The position numbers and the translations under genes were made by a program. Under the pieces are notes generated by a model. That model searched no databases. It was not told the DNA's origin and saw only the letters and a program-made list of their open reading frames with translations. From IMG/VR virus record IMGVR_UViG_3300020190_000004: a stretch of 64,000 nucleotides of DNA; one strand, 5' to 3'. This document shows positions 63,656 to 64,000 of the stretch, in pieces; position 1 is the first letter of the stretch, and each line of letters starts with the position of its first letter. Source of the DNA: a virus (taxonomy: Duplodnaviria > Caudoviricetes).

Positions 63656-64000
63656 CGAACCTCGTATGTTTGGGTTTTGAAATTGTAGAAGTAGTGGCCT
63701 TTAATGTCGTCTTTATTGACAAGGCACCAAGGATTTTCTTTTTTGTAATCATATGAAGGGTCTGGAGTTTTCCAGCCTTTGCCGTAGAGCTGAACAAGAT
63801 AGTTTTCTACGTTTGAAGGCATCTTGAGAGATAAGCCTTTGTGTTTAACTCCGTCAAGTTTGTTAACGTATTCATTTCTAGTACGAATGTATTGTTCTTG
63901 ACCGCCGTACTTAAACATTCTGTAATCTTGGTTTGGAAAGTATATAAAGATATCACAAGATACGTCTACGCCTTTAAGCATTTTTCTGCGATCTCCGTCA
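63652..64000 (-). CDS. LicD-family phosphotransferase C-terminus (partial, runs off right edge)
   Basis: Frame is open from 63981 to the edge; CDIF, MPSNVENYLVQLYGKGWKTP. Confidence 0.65.
   Translation of the reverse strand, partial: DGDRRKMLKGVDVSCDIFIYFPNQDYRMFKYGGQEQYIRTRNEYVNKLDGVKHKGLSLKMPSNVENYLVQLYGKGWKTPDPSYDYKKENPWCLVNKDDIKGHYFYNFKTQTYEVR

Noticed and set aside
1-64000. Alternative genetic code (stop-codon recoding), as in some huge phages
   Set aside because: Long ORFs up to 1528 aa are uninterrupted under code 11 and coding density is high; the only breaks are frameshifts, not in-frame stops.
1-64000. tRNA, tmRNA, rRNA, introns, inteins, transposases
   Set aside because: No cloverleaf with a T-loop and CCA end, no homing endonuclease or intein motifs, and no terminal inverted repeats recognised by eye; a tRNAscan/Infernal run would be needed to exclude them fully.

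Overview
This 64-kb window is part of a large, AT-rich, T4-like (contractile-tailed) jumbo phage genome read in standard code 11; almost all genes are on the minus strand. The host is probably a Bacteroidota species (inferred from a DUF4494-like gene, a lipobox lipoprotein and A-rich leaders lacking Shine-Dalgarno motifs). Left end (1-17.6 kb): baseplate/neck module (gp6, gp25, gp13, gp5, gp27-, gp53- and gp48-like) interrupted by a ribosomal protein S1 homolog, an amidoligase and a 1528-aa orphan. Right end (54-63 kb): head module (gp23 major capsid; gp21 protease fused to a gp22-like scaffold). Between them are lysis genes, a protein/cell-surface-type glycosylation cluster (31.6-35 kb), a predicted cytosine hypermodification cluster (36.9-46.5 kb), an ECF sigma factor, a TROVE/Ro60 gene with a nearby repeat-containing ncRNA candidate, and auxiliary enzymes. 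Main observations: (1) about 15 unrelated ORFs share an N-terminal tag resembling the T4 capsid-targeting sequence (MKTYQEFIAE), including a SET-domain methyltransferase, a ParB-like protein and a nuclease-like protein, which suggests a large head-packaged cargo repertoire; (2) three promoter classes can be read from the DNA, one possibly the regulon of the phage ECF sigma; (3) the scaffold appears nested in the protease gene with its own promoter; (4) the DNA-modification cluster has three candidate DNA glycosyltransferases plus a GT25; (5) a Y-RNA-like transcript may partner the TROVE protein. All family assignments come from motif recognition by eye; no database searches were run.
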